Below, piece after piece: positions 32,433 to 41,703 of a stretch of 64,000 bases of DNA; the stretch's first letter is position 1, and every line of letters begins with the position of its first letter. The notes beneath the pieces are model-generated. The model was not told the origin of the DNA. It did not search any database and saw only the letters and a program-made list of their open reading frames with translations. Origin of the DNA: a virus; the IMG/VR virus record IMGVR_UViG_3300022839_000011, positions 1-64,000 of that record; one strand, written 5' to 3'. The position numbers were made by a program, and so were the translations under genes.

Positions 32433-33131
32433 TTACAGTTTATTTTCTAAGACATAAACGGAGTCATATCCATTTTCTTTTGCCCATTTTTTTGCAGATT
32501 GTTTTGCACCCGCAAATGTACCGTATGCTTGGTGAACTTCTTTTTTATTATTTATATCTACCTCACCCGTCTTTTTTGCGGTAAACATATAAGTGCCAGA
32601 ACCACCAGAATCTCTTGGGGCTTTGCCATGAGTTTTCATGTATCTACTTGTAGAGACTTCTATTGCCTCGTCAATATCCAAAGTTTCTGGATATCCTTCG
32701 TCGCCTTTTTCTTTGGGTGCAAGACCCTTTTTCTTGCGCTGATTTATATTATACCAAAGACCTTTTTTGGCAGTTTTGCCGTCTTTTGTTTTGTGGGTTT
32801 CTTTATTTTCACCATACATGTTATATCCATATTGACTATACGTTGGTTCGTCTTGGTAATATTCATCTTCATATTCGTAATCCATATCATCATCCATATC
32901 ATCATCCATGTCTGCGCTCATGCTTGAATATACAGATGCCAATTCATCAGATGCTTTCACAATAGCACTTATTTGCCACCTTTGAATCATTTCACCATCT
33001 TGAAGCATTTCAAGTATATTTTTAGCAGAATATATTGCAATTTTTAGTTCTTTTTGTGTCATATCATCGCCCAAATACTCTTCATGGCCTTCAATATAAA
33101 GTTCTTCATTTAGTGCTTTAAACGTCTTCAT
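32433..33131 (-). CDS. putative internal head protein
   Basis: MKTFKALNEE-type N-terminus; acidic tract; KKGLWYNINQRKKKG. Confidence 0.55.
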   Translation of the reverse strand: MKTFKALNEELYIEGHEEYLGDDMTQKELKIAIYSAKNILEMLQDGEMIQRWQISAIVKASDELASVYSSMSADMDDDMDDDMDYEYEDEYYQDEPTYSQYGYNMYGENKETHKTKDGKTAKKGLWYNINQRKKKGLAPKEKGDEGYPETLDIDEAIEVSTSRYMKTHGKAPRDSGGSGTYMFTAKKTGEVDINNKKEVHQAYGTFAGAKQSAKKWAKENGYDSVYVLENKL

Positions 33132-33156
33132 TTTATCGTCCTTTTGTGGGTAAGAA

Positions 33157-35241
33157 TTAGACTCTTACTATTGTGTTGGGGGTGCGGAAGTCTTTTTTGC
33201 GCATTATCGTTTTAGCGACCACACGCAATTCATCTTTGCTTCTATCATATTCTACTGCAATAGGCATATTAAGATTTGATTGCATATCTTTTATGACCGC
33301 TTCAGTGTCAGTAAATTTTGTTAATGATTTACTATCTGCTTTGTTCAAGTCATATATTTTTTTAATCATAGCCGCCAATTCACGCATAGTAATACAAGGC
33401 GAATTTCTTTCATCAGACATTCTTTCTCTAAAATGCTTAGTGAAGTCAAAATCAATTTTAAACTTGGCAAATAGTTTGTCTACCAGTTTTTCAAATTCGC
33501 GCATTTGCGCCATAGTCAGAACAGTACAAGAATCGTTTTCATTAATCTCCGAAAATGCCTCATAAAGACCGCTCTCGTTTATGCCAACATTTTTTACTTT
33601 TGGGTACTTGTTGATCAATTTTATCAACTCTTTGGCCTTCATCGTTGCTTTAAGAGCAGGAATTTTTATGCCGAGGTTCTTTGCAGCTAACCATCTATGA
33701 TGACCATCAATCACATAGTTGTCAGAGCTTATGATTATAGCTTTTGGCTCTACATTAGATTTGTTCATCTTTGCCATTTTATCAGCAACTTTGTCAGCAT
33801 CAAATTCTTTTTGTGATGCCATTAGTTTTGATGGGTCTGCAATTTTTTTATCAATTGATACGTTATTGGATTTGAGATAATTCTTAAAATCATCCATGTC
33901 CTTACTAGAAACTTGTGGCATTTTATCTCTTTTGATGCCAAGTGTGTCTTTGGCTTTAGGTAGTGACATGCTGTATTCTTTCAGGCCCATTACGCTTCTG
34001 GATTCTAAAATTGCTTCTACATATTCATGCTTAACTATATGCAACTTACCATCTCGTTCGCGTATGCGCATTCTGCCAGTTTTAGCATCAGTTCCTACGA
34101 AAATGCCTTTGGTTGATATCGGTTGTCCTATAATAGATGGCTGTTCAAATGCCACATTCATACCACGTCGTATCATAGAGTTTAATGCTGACTCATTTTG
34201 ATATGGCGTGTCTTTTTTTAATATCCTTACCAAACTATCGGTGCCATATTCGCGCTGTGACGGCGTGGAGTTATTTTCCTTGAAACCATATTTTCCTTTT
34301 AATGCTGAATGATCTTTTGGTTCTTTTATATTTGGGTCGCCAAACTTTTTAATATACATGTTCATGATTTCTCTAGGACCGACGCTAACGCCTGCTGCAC
34401 CACTAATTTCATATGCTATGTCATACAAATTTGTGCCCTTCAAGACATGTTTATGAACTGCGCTTATAACTTTGTCCAATATCGTTTGTTCGTCCAGATT
34501 CTGGTAATCTATACTTTCGCCAAACAAATAATTTTCATATGCTTCAACCATTTCGCAAAGCTTTTCTGATTCCGCAATAGATTCAGTCTGCTCGCTATTT
34601 TTTTTGCTGAAAATCTTAAATCTGTTATCAAATTTTACAGAGTTGTCTTTTTCAAGTGCCATGTGATATCTTTTTTTGATGTTTGTGTCTGCTAAAGAAG
34701 CCTCATATAGAAAGTCTTCGAACCGATTGTCTAAAGATTCTTTCTTGGTTGATCTTAATTTTGACAATCTTTCGACTTCCGCCTTCCTAACTATGGGCAG
34801 TTGTCTTGTTGCTATTCTGTCTATCGCTGCTTTGGGAACTCTTGCCAGCCGCTTGTCTAGTGCCACTTTTTCAGAAGGTGTCATTTCACTATATGATTTA
34901 TTTTTCATAAGCCTTTGGCGTATCATATTACGAGCAGTTTTTCGAGCTCTTAGCTTCAACTTTTCTGGTGATGCTTTTCTTTTCTTTGAACGCGCCCTTG
35001 CAGCTACAATTTTACTTTTGAATTTACGCATGATCATAGCACGTTTTCTTCTTTGTGCAATATTCAAAGGGGCCTCATCTAACGAATCGAAATGTGATAA
35101 CAAATCATCATCATCTAACCCTTCAAGGTAAATATCCATTTCTTCTTCGTTCATTGTAGGCTCAGTCTCAATATATTTTTTGCTGTCATGAGTTTTGGAA
35201 TTGTCTTTTTTATTTGTCTTTTTTGTGTCATCATCAGCCAT
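33157..35241 (-). CDS. large late multidomain protein with ParB/Srx-like domain
   Basis: L.ASQKEFD..KV...AIIISSDNYVIDGHHRWLA; many (L/I)xE sites; TATAAATA at 35303-35310. Confidence 0.7.
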   Translation of the reverse strand: MADDDTKKTNKKDNSKTHDSKKYIETEPTMNEEEMDIYLEGLDDDDLLSHFDSLDEAPLNIAQRRKRAMIMRKFKSKIVAARARSKKRKASPEKLKLRARKTARNMIRQRLMKNKSYSEMTPSEKVALDKRLARVPKAAIDRIATRQLPIVRKAEVERLSKLRSTKKESLDNRFEDFLYEASLADTNIKKRYHMALEKDNSVKFDNRFKIFSKKNSEQTESIAESEKLCEMVEAYENYLFGESIDYQNLDEQTILDKVISAVHKHVLKGTNLYDIAYEISGAAGVSVGPREIMNMYIKKFGDPNIKEPKDHSALKGKYGFKENNSTPSQREYGTDSLVRILKKDTPYQNESALNSMIRRGMNVAFEQPSIIGQPISTKGIFVGTDAKTGRMRIRERDGKLHIVKHEYVEAILESRSVMGLKEYSMSLPKAKDTLGIKRDKMPQVSSKDMDDFKNYLKSNNVSIDKKIADPSKLMASQKEFDADKVADKMAKMNKSNVEPKAIIISSDNYVIDGHHRWLAAKNLGIKIPALKATMKAKELIKLINKYPKVKNVGINESGLYEAFSEINENDSCTVLTMAQMREFEKLVDKLFAKFKIDFDFTKHFRERMSDERNSPCITMRELAAMIKKIYDLNKADSKSLTKFTDTEAVIKDMQSNLNMPIAVEYDRSKDELRVVAKTIMRKKDFRTPNTIVRV

Positions 35242-35311
35242 TTCGATTTCCTCTGAATAAGATAATATGTGTATTTATGATAGCGCAAATTGCACTTTAA
35301 TCTATTTATAC

Positions 35312-35337
35312 AAAAAGGGGGCGCGATGCCCCCTTTT
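35312..35337. terminator. bidirectional intrinsic terminator
   Basis: AAAAAGGGGGC-gcgat-GCCCCCTTTT. Confidence 0.7.
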
Positions 35338-35824
35338 CAGTTCTCGATTTGATTTTTATATTTTGGCAAGAAACCTATTATACTTCTGTATCGGTGCATC
35401 ACCTTTCGACAAAAGACGCTGCCTTCTTTCTAATTCTTCAAGGTTTTCTGATGATGCCAAATAATTATACTCATCGTCATGGGATTTGAAAATAAAGTCA
35501 CGAAGCCATTTGATTGTGTTTTTCATTATATAATACCAGTAAATGGAATTCTACCATTTGTAATTTCATAGTAAGCAAACAGATAGTCTTTTTTATACTC
35601 TGTTTTTGCCCATCTCATTATATTAATGTCAATGGATACACTATTGTATCCAAAAATATTTCTTAAAAACCTCATGTCATTTCCTATCTTATTGATGTAC
35701 TTATTTATATCTACATTACACTAAAAAGAGAGTAAATTGTAATTTATTATAGCATATCTAACATGCATTTTTTGCATACCTAATATAAAAGGCGACCAGT
35801 TGGTTATACTGGTCGCCTCTTTTC

Positions 35825-37447
35825 TCACAACTGCAAATTGGTGCATTTTCCATTTATGACATTAATAAGCTGTCTCTGCCCATTTTCTGCCACCAAGCAA
35901 GAGGTGTGAGTCCAAGATGAAGGCCCTCTATTATAGCCTAAATCTAGTTTGGAAACAGTACCAACTCTAAACACTCCCCTTTGTATTGCGCCTGTGTGGT
36001 TATGTCCTACCACACAATCACCATACACCTGTTCTAAGCCATTAAGTGATGGTTTAGCACCATTCAACCCCAAATCGCCATGAGAACCACATTCTATATT
36101 TGCTACCTTTGAAGAGTCATCCCTTGATAAGAAAACCCAACTATTAGGTATCTTATTATTAGTCAACTTGAACCCGCGCTTCAACACGTCTTCATCTTCA
36201 AAAAGTGCAGTTGCAATCTTCAATGATAGGTAGTGGTTTTTGGGGTCTTCAACATATCTACCGCTTGATATGTATCTTGTGAGAAATTCATCGTGGTTAG
36301 ATTTTACGATATATATCTTGCTTGGTTTTAAAGCAATATCAATGCTTTTAATTAAATCGAAGGTTTGTTCGAGCTCATCATGCAAATCTTCTTCGCCGCT
36401 CAATGCCCTTTGGCTTCTTTCTACTATAGATTTGACATGATGGCTAATACTGTACCCATCAAATACATCATGTAGATAAATGCTTTTTACTTTCATTTTT
36501 GAAAAGGTGTTGATGAATGCATCAAGTGCGTCTTTATCCACACTTGTTCCATGAAGATCCCCAAATACAATATTAATTGGTATGTCTTTGACCTGACCAT
36601 TTGGCATATACATCTTACCAAGATCAACAAAAGCACCGCTTTCATCACATTGTATTTGTCTAAAATGAAATAACTTATCATCTTCAATTTCTACAATTAT
36701 AGCACCCATCTTGTGGTCGAAATCTGCAATATATGACAATCTCTTTGACATAAAAAAATCAGAATAGTATTGAGGTAAAGTACAAGCACCTGTTGTCATT
36801 ATTGAATAGTTTTTACCTCTACTGTTCCCAGCAGGAATATATTCTAAGAATTGTTTAGGACTTGCAAAAATATTAGACCCTTCACGGTTTCCGAGTCGTG
36901 ATAACCCAGTAATTGGTTTAATTTGTTTTGCCGAAACTTGAATACTACATAGCGAAATGTTTTCGTTTAATGGCGTGTCTGCTTGAACAAACAAATATGA
37001 GGGATCACTGAATACTGGATCAAAAACTGCAGTTTTGTTTTCGAAACTATTGGTTATGCTTTCACAAGGCATGATTGCAGCCTGCGCATCATTTCTTTTG
37101 CAAAATGTCTTAATAGCATCAAGAAACCCGTGATGGGCCTTACAGTTTCCTACCGCAGTAGTTACAATAAACACTTTTTTGTTGCTGTTAATCAAGTTTT
37201 TATTAGATGCAAATATGTCATCAACTGAAAAGAAATGCTCTGAAAGAAATTCTTCGTGATTGTCTTTTACAAATTGATGAAGGGTTTCTATTCCACCAAA
37301 TCTTCCTCTTAGTATATCTCTGGTTATGCCATGCACAAGAAAATCTTTATATACAGGCAACCCTTTCTTTTCTGCTATGATAGTTTTGTAGAGGTCTACT
37401 ATTTGTTGGTTTTTATCCTCGTCTTGCTTGTTGATATCTTCATCCAT
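35825..37447 (-). CDS. large metallophosphoesterase-fold protein
   Basis: FGDLH, LHDVFDG, SNHD, SHGD, GHNH. Confidence 0.8.
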   Translation of the reverse strand: MDEDINKQDEDKNQQIVDLYKTIIAEKKGLPVYKDFLVHGITRDILRGRFGGIETLHQFVKDNHEEFLSEHFFSVDDIFASNKNLINSNKKVFIVTTAVGNCKAHHGFLDAIKTFCKRNDAQAAIMPCESITNSFENKTAVFDPVFSDPSYLFVQADTPLNENISLCSIQVSAKQIKPITGLSRLGNREGSNIFASPKQFLEYIPAGNSRGKNYSIMTTGACTLPQYYSDFFMSKRLSYIADFDHKMGAIIVEIEDDKLFHFRQIQCDESGAFVDLGKMYMPNGQVKDIPINIVFGDLHGTSVDKDALDAFINTFSKMKVKSIYLHDVFDGYSISHHVKSIVERSQRALSGEEDLHDELEQTFDLIKSIDIALKPSKIYIVKSNHDEFLTRYISSGRYVEDPKNHYLSLKIATALFEDEDVLKRGFKLTNNKIPNSWVFLSRDDSSKVANIECGSHGDLGLNGAKPSLNGLEQVYGDCVVGHNHTGAIQRGVFRVGTVSKLDLGYNRGPSSWTHTSCLVAENGQRQLINVINGKCTNLQL

Positions 37448-37462
37448 GCGTTATATTTCCCA

Positions 37463-37999
37463 TCACTCTATATTTTGTATTTCTGAAAGAACAACCATTC
37501 TTTCAATCGATTCCATGGCATATGTTCGGATAATAACCTTGTCACTGATACCACCTTGTGATTCTTCTGACGATTTAGGAGGCTCCAACCCTTCAATATC
37601 ATCTTTTTCAATTGGTTCGCCATCTAAGAAATATGTCGAAGCACCAGATTCTTTAAAAAAGCACTCTATGTAAAAGTTGCCTTTGTGTTCTACAAAAGGC
37701 GTGTCTTCGATTCTACTTCCCCATGGGCGTGGTTTGAGAACAAATTCTTCAGGGTCTTTGCCTTCTTTTTCCATGCGGGATTTTACCATACTTTCATAAG
37801 CATTCTTTACATTTGAGCACAAAACAACTTTAGAACCAGCGACCAACTTAGTTACTTTGCCTTGCATTGGATTCTTTTTTCCACCTTTTAGCTGGACTTT
37901 TGTTATGGTATCTATGTCAACCAGATAAGATCCTTTAAGAGCCTCAATTTTTGACCTAACGACATCAAAAGTTTCTTCCCTGCCTTCTATAATAATCAT
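37463..37999 (-). CDS. hypothetical phage protein
   Basis: GGKKNPMQGKVTK...YE.MV..R..KEG...F....RPWG. Confidence 0.65.
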   Translation of the reverse strand: MIIIEGREETFDVVRSKIEALKGSYLVDIDTITKVQLKGGKKNPMQGKVTKLVAGSKVVLCSNVKNAYESMVKSRMEKEGKDPEEFVLKPRPWGSRIEDTPFVEHKGNFYIECFFKESGASTYFLDGEPIEKDDIEGLEPPKSSEESQGGISDKVIIRTYAMESIERMVVLSEIQNIE

Positions 38000-38189
38000 G
38001 TTTTAATCCTTTTAAAATTCAAATCCGCAAAAAAATGTGGCGTGAAACCACGGAATCCAGCACCTGTGTTAAGATTTTTGCAAATGTTTTCTGCACTTGT
38101 TTCATTTGCACTTAATTTAATAGTCGTCTGCGTCACCTTTTCTACAATATCAAAATGCTGCTTTTCGTTGCGTATAACAGTATAGCTCA

Positions 38190-38762
38190 TTAAAAATCTC
38201 CTACATCAAATAATTTGTTTTTCTTAATCTTATGTATGTTATTATAGTTATTGTCTTGACTTATATTTTCAGTATGACTATTATTCTCATTCATTACTGT
38301 TTTTTGGACACTTGCATCTAAATTGCGCAGTTTCATTCTTGGCTTATCAAGACCTATCACAAATCTACGATTTACATTGATATCACCCCATCTATTTTTT
38401 AGCTGCTTGATCATGAGTTGCCCCATATTTTCAAGATCTTCCGATGTTATTAAGGCAAATATGGCATCCGCTGTATGTGTTATGCCCATACTATTTTTTG
38501 TTAATATGTCGTTGCAATAGAATAGCTGGTTTCCGGTTACAGATATATCAACAGTTTCTAATTCACCAACTTCTGAAATCTCTACGATCTCATCATCATA
38601 GTCTATTTTGCAGTCTTCTATTTGCTGCTTTTCTATCTTTTCAATTTCTATGGATATCAATAGATCTGTTAGCTGAAACACATCCATATCTTTTACCATT
38701 CCGTTGATTATCATATGCTCTGCTTTTAGATAACATACGGATTCCAATTTTTCATTCATCAT
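38190..38762 (-). CDS. 41: gp41 helicase C-terminal part fused to an extended split C-intein (90 aa, 38493-38762)
   Basis: DEIVEISEVGELETVDISVTGNQLFYCNDILTKN|SMGITHTAD...KQLKNR. Confidence 0.9.
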   Translation of the reverse strand: MMNEKLESVCYLKAEHMIINGMVKDMDVFQLTDLLISIEIEKIEKQQIEDCKIDYDDEIVEISEVGELETVDISVTGNQLFYCNDILTKNSMGITHTADAIFALITSEDLENMGQLMIKQLKNRWGDINVNRRFVIGLDKPRMKLRNLDASVQKTVMNENNSHTENISQDNNYNNIHKIKKNKLFDVGDF

Positions 38763-38772
38763 ATACTACCTT

Positions 38773-40155
38773 TCACTTGCTATTCAAGAAAGAGCCCACA
38801 TCCAAACCTTCGTTGTAAGAAAGTCTCGATACACGACCGTCTATTGATTTAGATGGGAAAACATGGTCTTTACTAACAATTATGGTTTTTCCTTTTTTTG
38901 TCTTTATGGATATACAATCTTTTAACTTGGGATGATGTACCATTGTTACTATTTTAGTACCATCTTCAGTCTGTACCCTATCGTTGGGCATTAGGTGTTG
39001 TATTTCGATTACATCCCCATTCGATTTGGTTACTTTTTCATGTTTGTATATACATTCTGAAGTATTTGTCAAATCTACGTCCGAATTTCCAAACCCAGAC
39101 CTGTTTAATTGTGAACTTGATACAATAGGGACATTATACTCTACCGCCAAGCCTCTAACTTCTTCTGCTATTGACTTCACTAAAGTATATGAATTCGCAG
39201 CCGCAGCCCCTCGAATTCTGGATGATGCACATATATTTATGTAGTCTAAAAATATGATGTCAGGTTTGAAGTTTTTCTTTTGTCGCAATTCATTCAATAG
39301 ATTTCTGAAATGCCCAACATGCGCAGAACTTGTAGGATACTCTTTGATAACCAATTTCCCAGGTGTATTCTCTTTGAATTTGTTTATTTTTTTGGTATAT
39401 GCAGTAAAAGGTAGATCCATTATTTCATCAAGTGTTATGTCTAAAATATTGGCATCAATTCTTCTACCTACTTCTTCCTCACTCAATTCTGCCGTAATAT
39501 ACAGAACATTTTTGCCAAAAAGTAAATGTGCCGCCGCCATATGGCACTTTACAATACTTTTGCCTGTACCAGTCGCACCTAAGAATAATGTAAGTGACTT
39601 CTTTGGCAATCCACCCTTAGTGATGGTATTGAACATATCAAGATCAAAGGGAATGCGTTCTTCTTTTCTATGATAGTATTCAAACCGCGATTCAAAATCT
39701 TCAAGGAAATCGTGCCCGATATGACTATCGAAACTAATTGACAGTGACTTTGAAAGAAGATCGGGGATTGCGCCTTTGTCTAACTCTTGGTCTTTGCCAT
39801 CTAGAATTAGGATAGATTTTCTAATTGAATTGAAAAGGTCTTTATCTTGGCAGAATTTTTCTGTCTCGTCTACCAACCAATCAATATTGGTTTCAGGGTC
39901 AACTTTCAGTTCTGATAACTTGTCAATAACTTCTTTAAATAGATTTTCGTTTAGGTCTTTTCTACCTTCCAAAGAAACCGCCAAGGCTTCTTTGGAAGGT
40001 GTTACTTTGTATTTTTCTACTAAAATAGAAAATGTGTCCAGTATTTTTTTCGAAGATATGTCGTCAAAATAATCTTCTTTGATGTATGGAAAAACCTTTT
40101 GGAAGTATTCAACATTGTATAGTAAGTTGGCAAGTATAGTGTTTTCCAATGACAT
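38773..40155 (-). CDS. 41: gp41 replicative helicase N-terminal part fused to split N-intein (93 aa, 38776-39054)
   Basis: GATGTGKS Walker A, FLDYINI, SQLNR.G...DLTNTSE|CIYKHEKV...VSKDHVFP. Confidence 0.93.
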   Translation of the reverse strand: MSLENTILANLLYNVEYFQKVFPYIKEDYFDDISSKKILDTFSILVEKYKVTPSKEALAVSLEGRKDLNENLFKEVIDKLSELKVDPETNIDWLVDETEKFCQDKDLFNSIRKSILILDGKDQELDKGAIPDLLSKSLSISFDSHIGHDFLEDFESRFEYYHRKEERIPFDLDMFNTITKGGLPKKSLTLFLGATGTGKSIVKCHMAAAHLLFGKNVLYITAELSEEEVGRRIDANILDITLDEIMDLPFTAYTKKINKFKENTPGKLVIKEYPTSSAHVGHFRNLLNELRQKKNFKPDIIFLDYINICASSRIRGAAAANSYTLVKSIAEEVRGLAVEYNVPIVSSSQLNRSGFGNSDVDLTNTSECIYKHEKVTKSNGDVIEIQHLMPNDRVQTEDGTKIVTMVHHPKLKDCISIKTKKGKTIIVSKDHVFPSKSIDGRVSRLSYNEGLDVGSFLNSK

Positions 40156-40160
40156 TCTTA

Positions 40161-40706
40161 TTATTCCTCTTCTTCATCCACCTCCACATCATCATTGGGT
40201 ATGACTCCGTTTTGATTCATTTTAAACTTGCTTTCAATAAATTTCTTAAATACTGGGTCCGATATCAACTTTTTGAAAAATTTGTCATCTGTTTCAATGT
40301 CTTTGGCGCGTCTTTTGCTTTCATTGATCTCGCCTGTTTCCATATCTACAGTGCTATACCACCCTTGGTTTATCTTTACGATGCTACCATATTCTATAGC
40401 CAAATCGAAAAGTGATGACCATTTTTGGATGCCTGTCTCATACAATACTGTAAATGGCAGTTTGGCTTTTTCTCTCACAAATCTTGATTTTTCAATATTG
40501 ATTGTGAATTTGTATCCAGCGATTTCTGTACCTTCTTTTTCTTGCGCTTTGCCAATCACAAAAATTTGATTTGATGAGTAAGTTACCGCTGTATTATGTG
40601 TTACTACCCCATTTTCCAACACATAATGATGAACATCTTTCACTGTTATATCATATACTTCTTTTTTTCCTACACTCTTAATAGATTTAATTTTCAAGTC
40701 TTTCAT
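40161..40706 (-). CDS. uvsX: UvsX C-terminal part fused to split C-intein (38 aa, 40593-40706)
   Basis: MKDLKIKSIKSVGKKEVYDITVKDVHHYVLENGVVTHN|TAVTYSSNQIF...KSRFVREK; alternative start 40733. Confidence 0.92.
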   Translation of the reverse strand: MKDLKIKSIKSVGKKEVYDITVKDVHHYVLENGVVTHNTAVTYSSNQIFVIGKAQEKEGTEIAGYKFTINIEKSRFVREKAKLPFTVLYETGIQKWSSLFDLAIEYGSIVKINQGWYSTVDMETGEINESKRRAKDIETDDKFFKKLISDPVFKKFIESKFKMNQNGVIPNDDVEVDEEEE

Positions 40707-41655
40707 CCTTTTTATACCGATTTTTACGACCATAATAGAAACCTTTTGGCAAAGGCTCTTCTGCTTTCAATTTAATATTTGAATCGCCATTGGTAGCCCA
40801 ACGGGACTTATTTGGTTTACCTTCATGAGCAAGTTTATACGGATTTTGCCATATTGTCAAATCATAGTCACACATTTCTTCTTTTTTTATTCGAATAGCA
40901 ACGCCAGTGTTTTTATTTTTTAACATTATCATATCTTTCCTCGATCTCTTTTTATTAGATTCGGGGCTTTTTGGAACTCCTCTGAAATTCTTTATGGCAA
41001 CTTCAGAATTTATTTTTTTAACTTCGGCATATCGTTCTGGATTTTCATCGTAAAAGTTTTTTCTTGTAACCAACATTTTACATTTAGAATCTTGGGTGTG
41101 CATTTTACCGTAGAATGAAGAATCTTCGCCATATCTCTTGTTTGAATCAATACGGCCCTTACTCCAACCATCAGGCGGTTCATCCAAAAATTGTTTCTCT
41201 ACATTGCCGTCGTTATAGGTTTTATATCCATAATTTGCATTTACGTACTCCCCGTTTATGACCAGAGGATGATCTTTTTTTAATTTGACGAAATCGCCCG
41301 TTCTGGCATTTCGATATGTGCCATATTCTGGGTTTGAATAATTTGATATGGTGGCCACTGCTTTATTGAAATATTTCGTATCAGATACAACATCCAAAAA
41401 AATGTGTAGATTTTTTTCGAAATCTAATGCATTGTCATAATCTTCAAAATAACCAAGAATTATGGTTTCTACATCACCTTCAATACATAATTGTTTATAT
41501 CCTTTCCATCTGGATGAACCGAAATATTTTTTCCCAGAATTTGTTATTATATTAGTACCGTCAAAAAAGCAGTTTGCTTTAGAGCCGATATAATAATACG
41601 GCTCTAAATTTTTTTCTTTTCTATCTTTTATAATTGTCATGTAAACTACGTTCAT
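40687..41655 (-). CDS. free-standing GIY-YIG (Seg-like) homing endonuclease between uvsX halves
   Basis: VVY...YYIGSK...YFGSS...A..FE; NUMOD3-like FYGKMHT.DSK; TATAAATA at 41683-41690. Confidence 0.88.
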   Translation of the reverse strand: MNVVYMTIIKDRKEKNLEPYYYIGSKANCFFDGTNIITNSGKKYFGSSRWKGYKQLCIEGDVETIILGYFEDYDNALDFEKNLHIFLDVVSDTKYFNKAVATISNYSNPEYGTYRNARTGDFVKLKKDHPLVINGEYVNANYGYKTYNDGNVEKQFLDEPPDGWSKGRIDSNKRYGEDSSFYGKMHTQDSKCKMLVTRKNFYDENPERYAEVKKINSEVAIKNFRGVPKSPESNKKRSRKDMIMLKNKNTGVAIRIKKEEMCDYDLTIWQNPYKLAHEGKPNKSRWATNGDSNIKLKAEEPLPKGFYYGRKNRYKKDERLEN

Positions 41656-41703
41656 TTAATAATCCTATACGTCGCATAAGTTTATTTATAAGAACGGACT
41701 TTT

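Noticed and set aside
32863-32912. Short tandem repeat (catcatccatat)
   Set aside because: Simply encodes the acidic DDDMDDDMD tract of a protein
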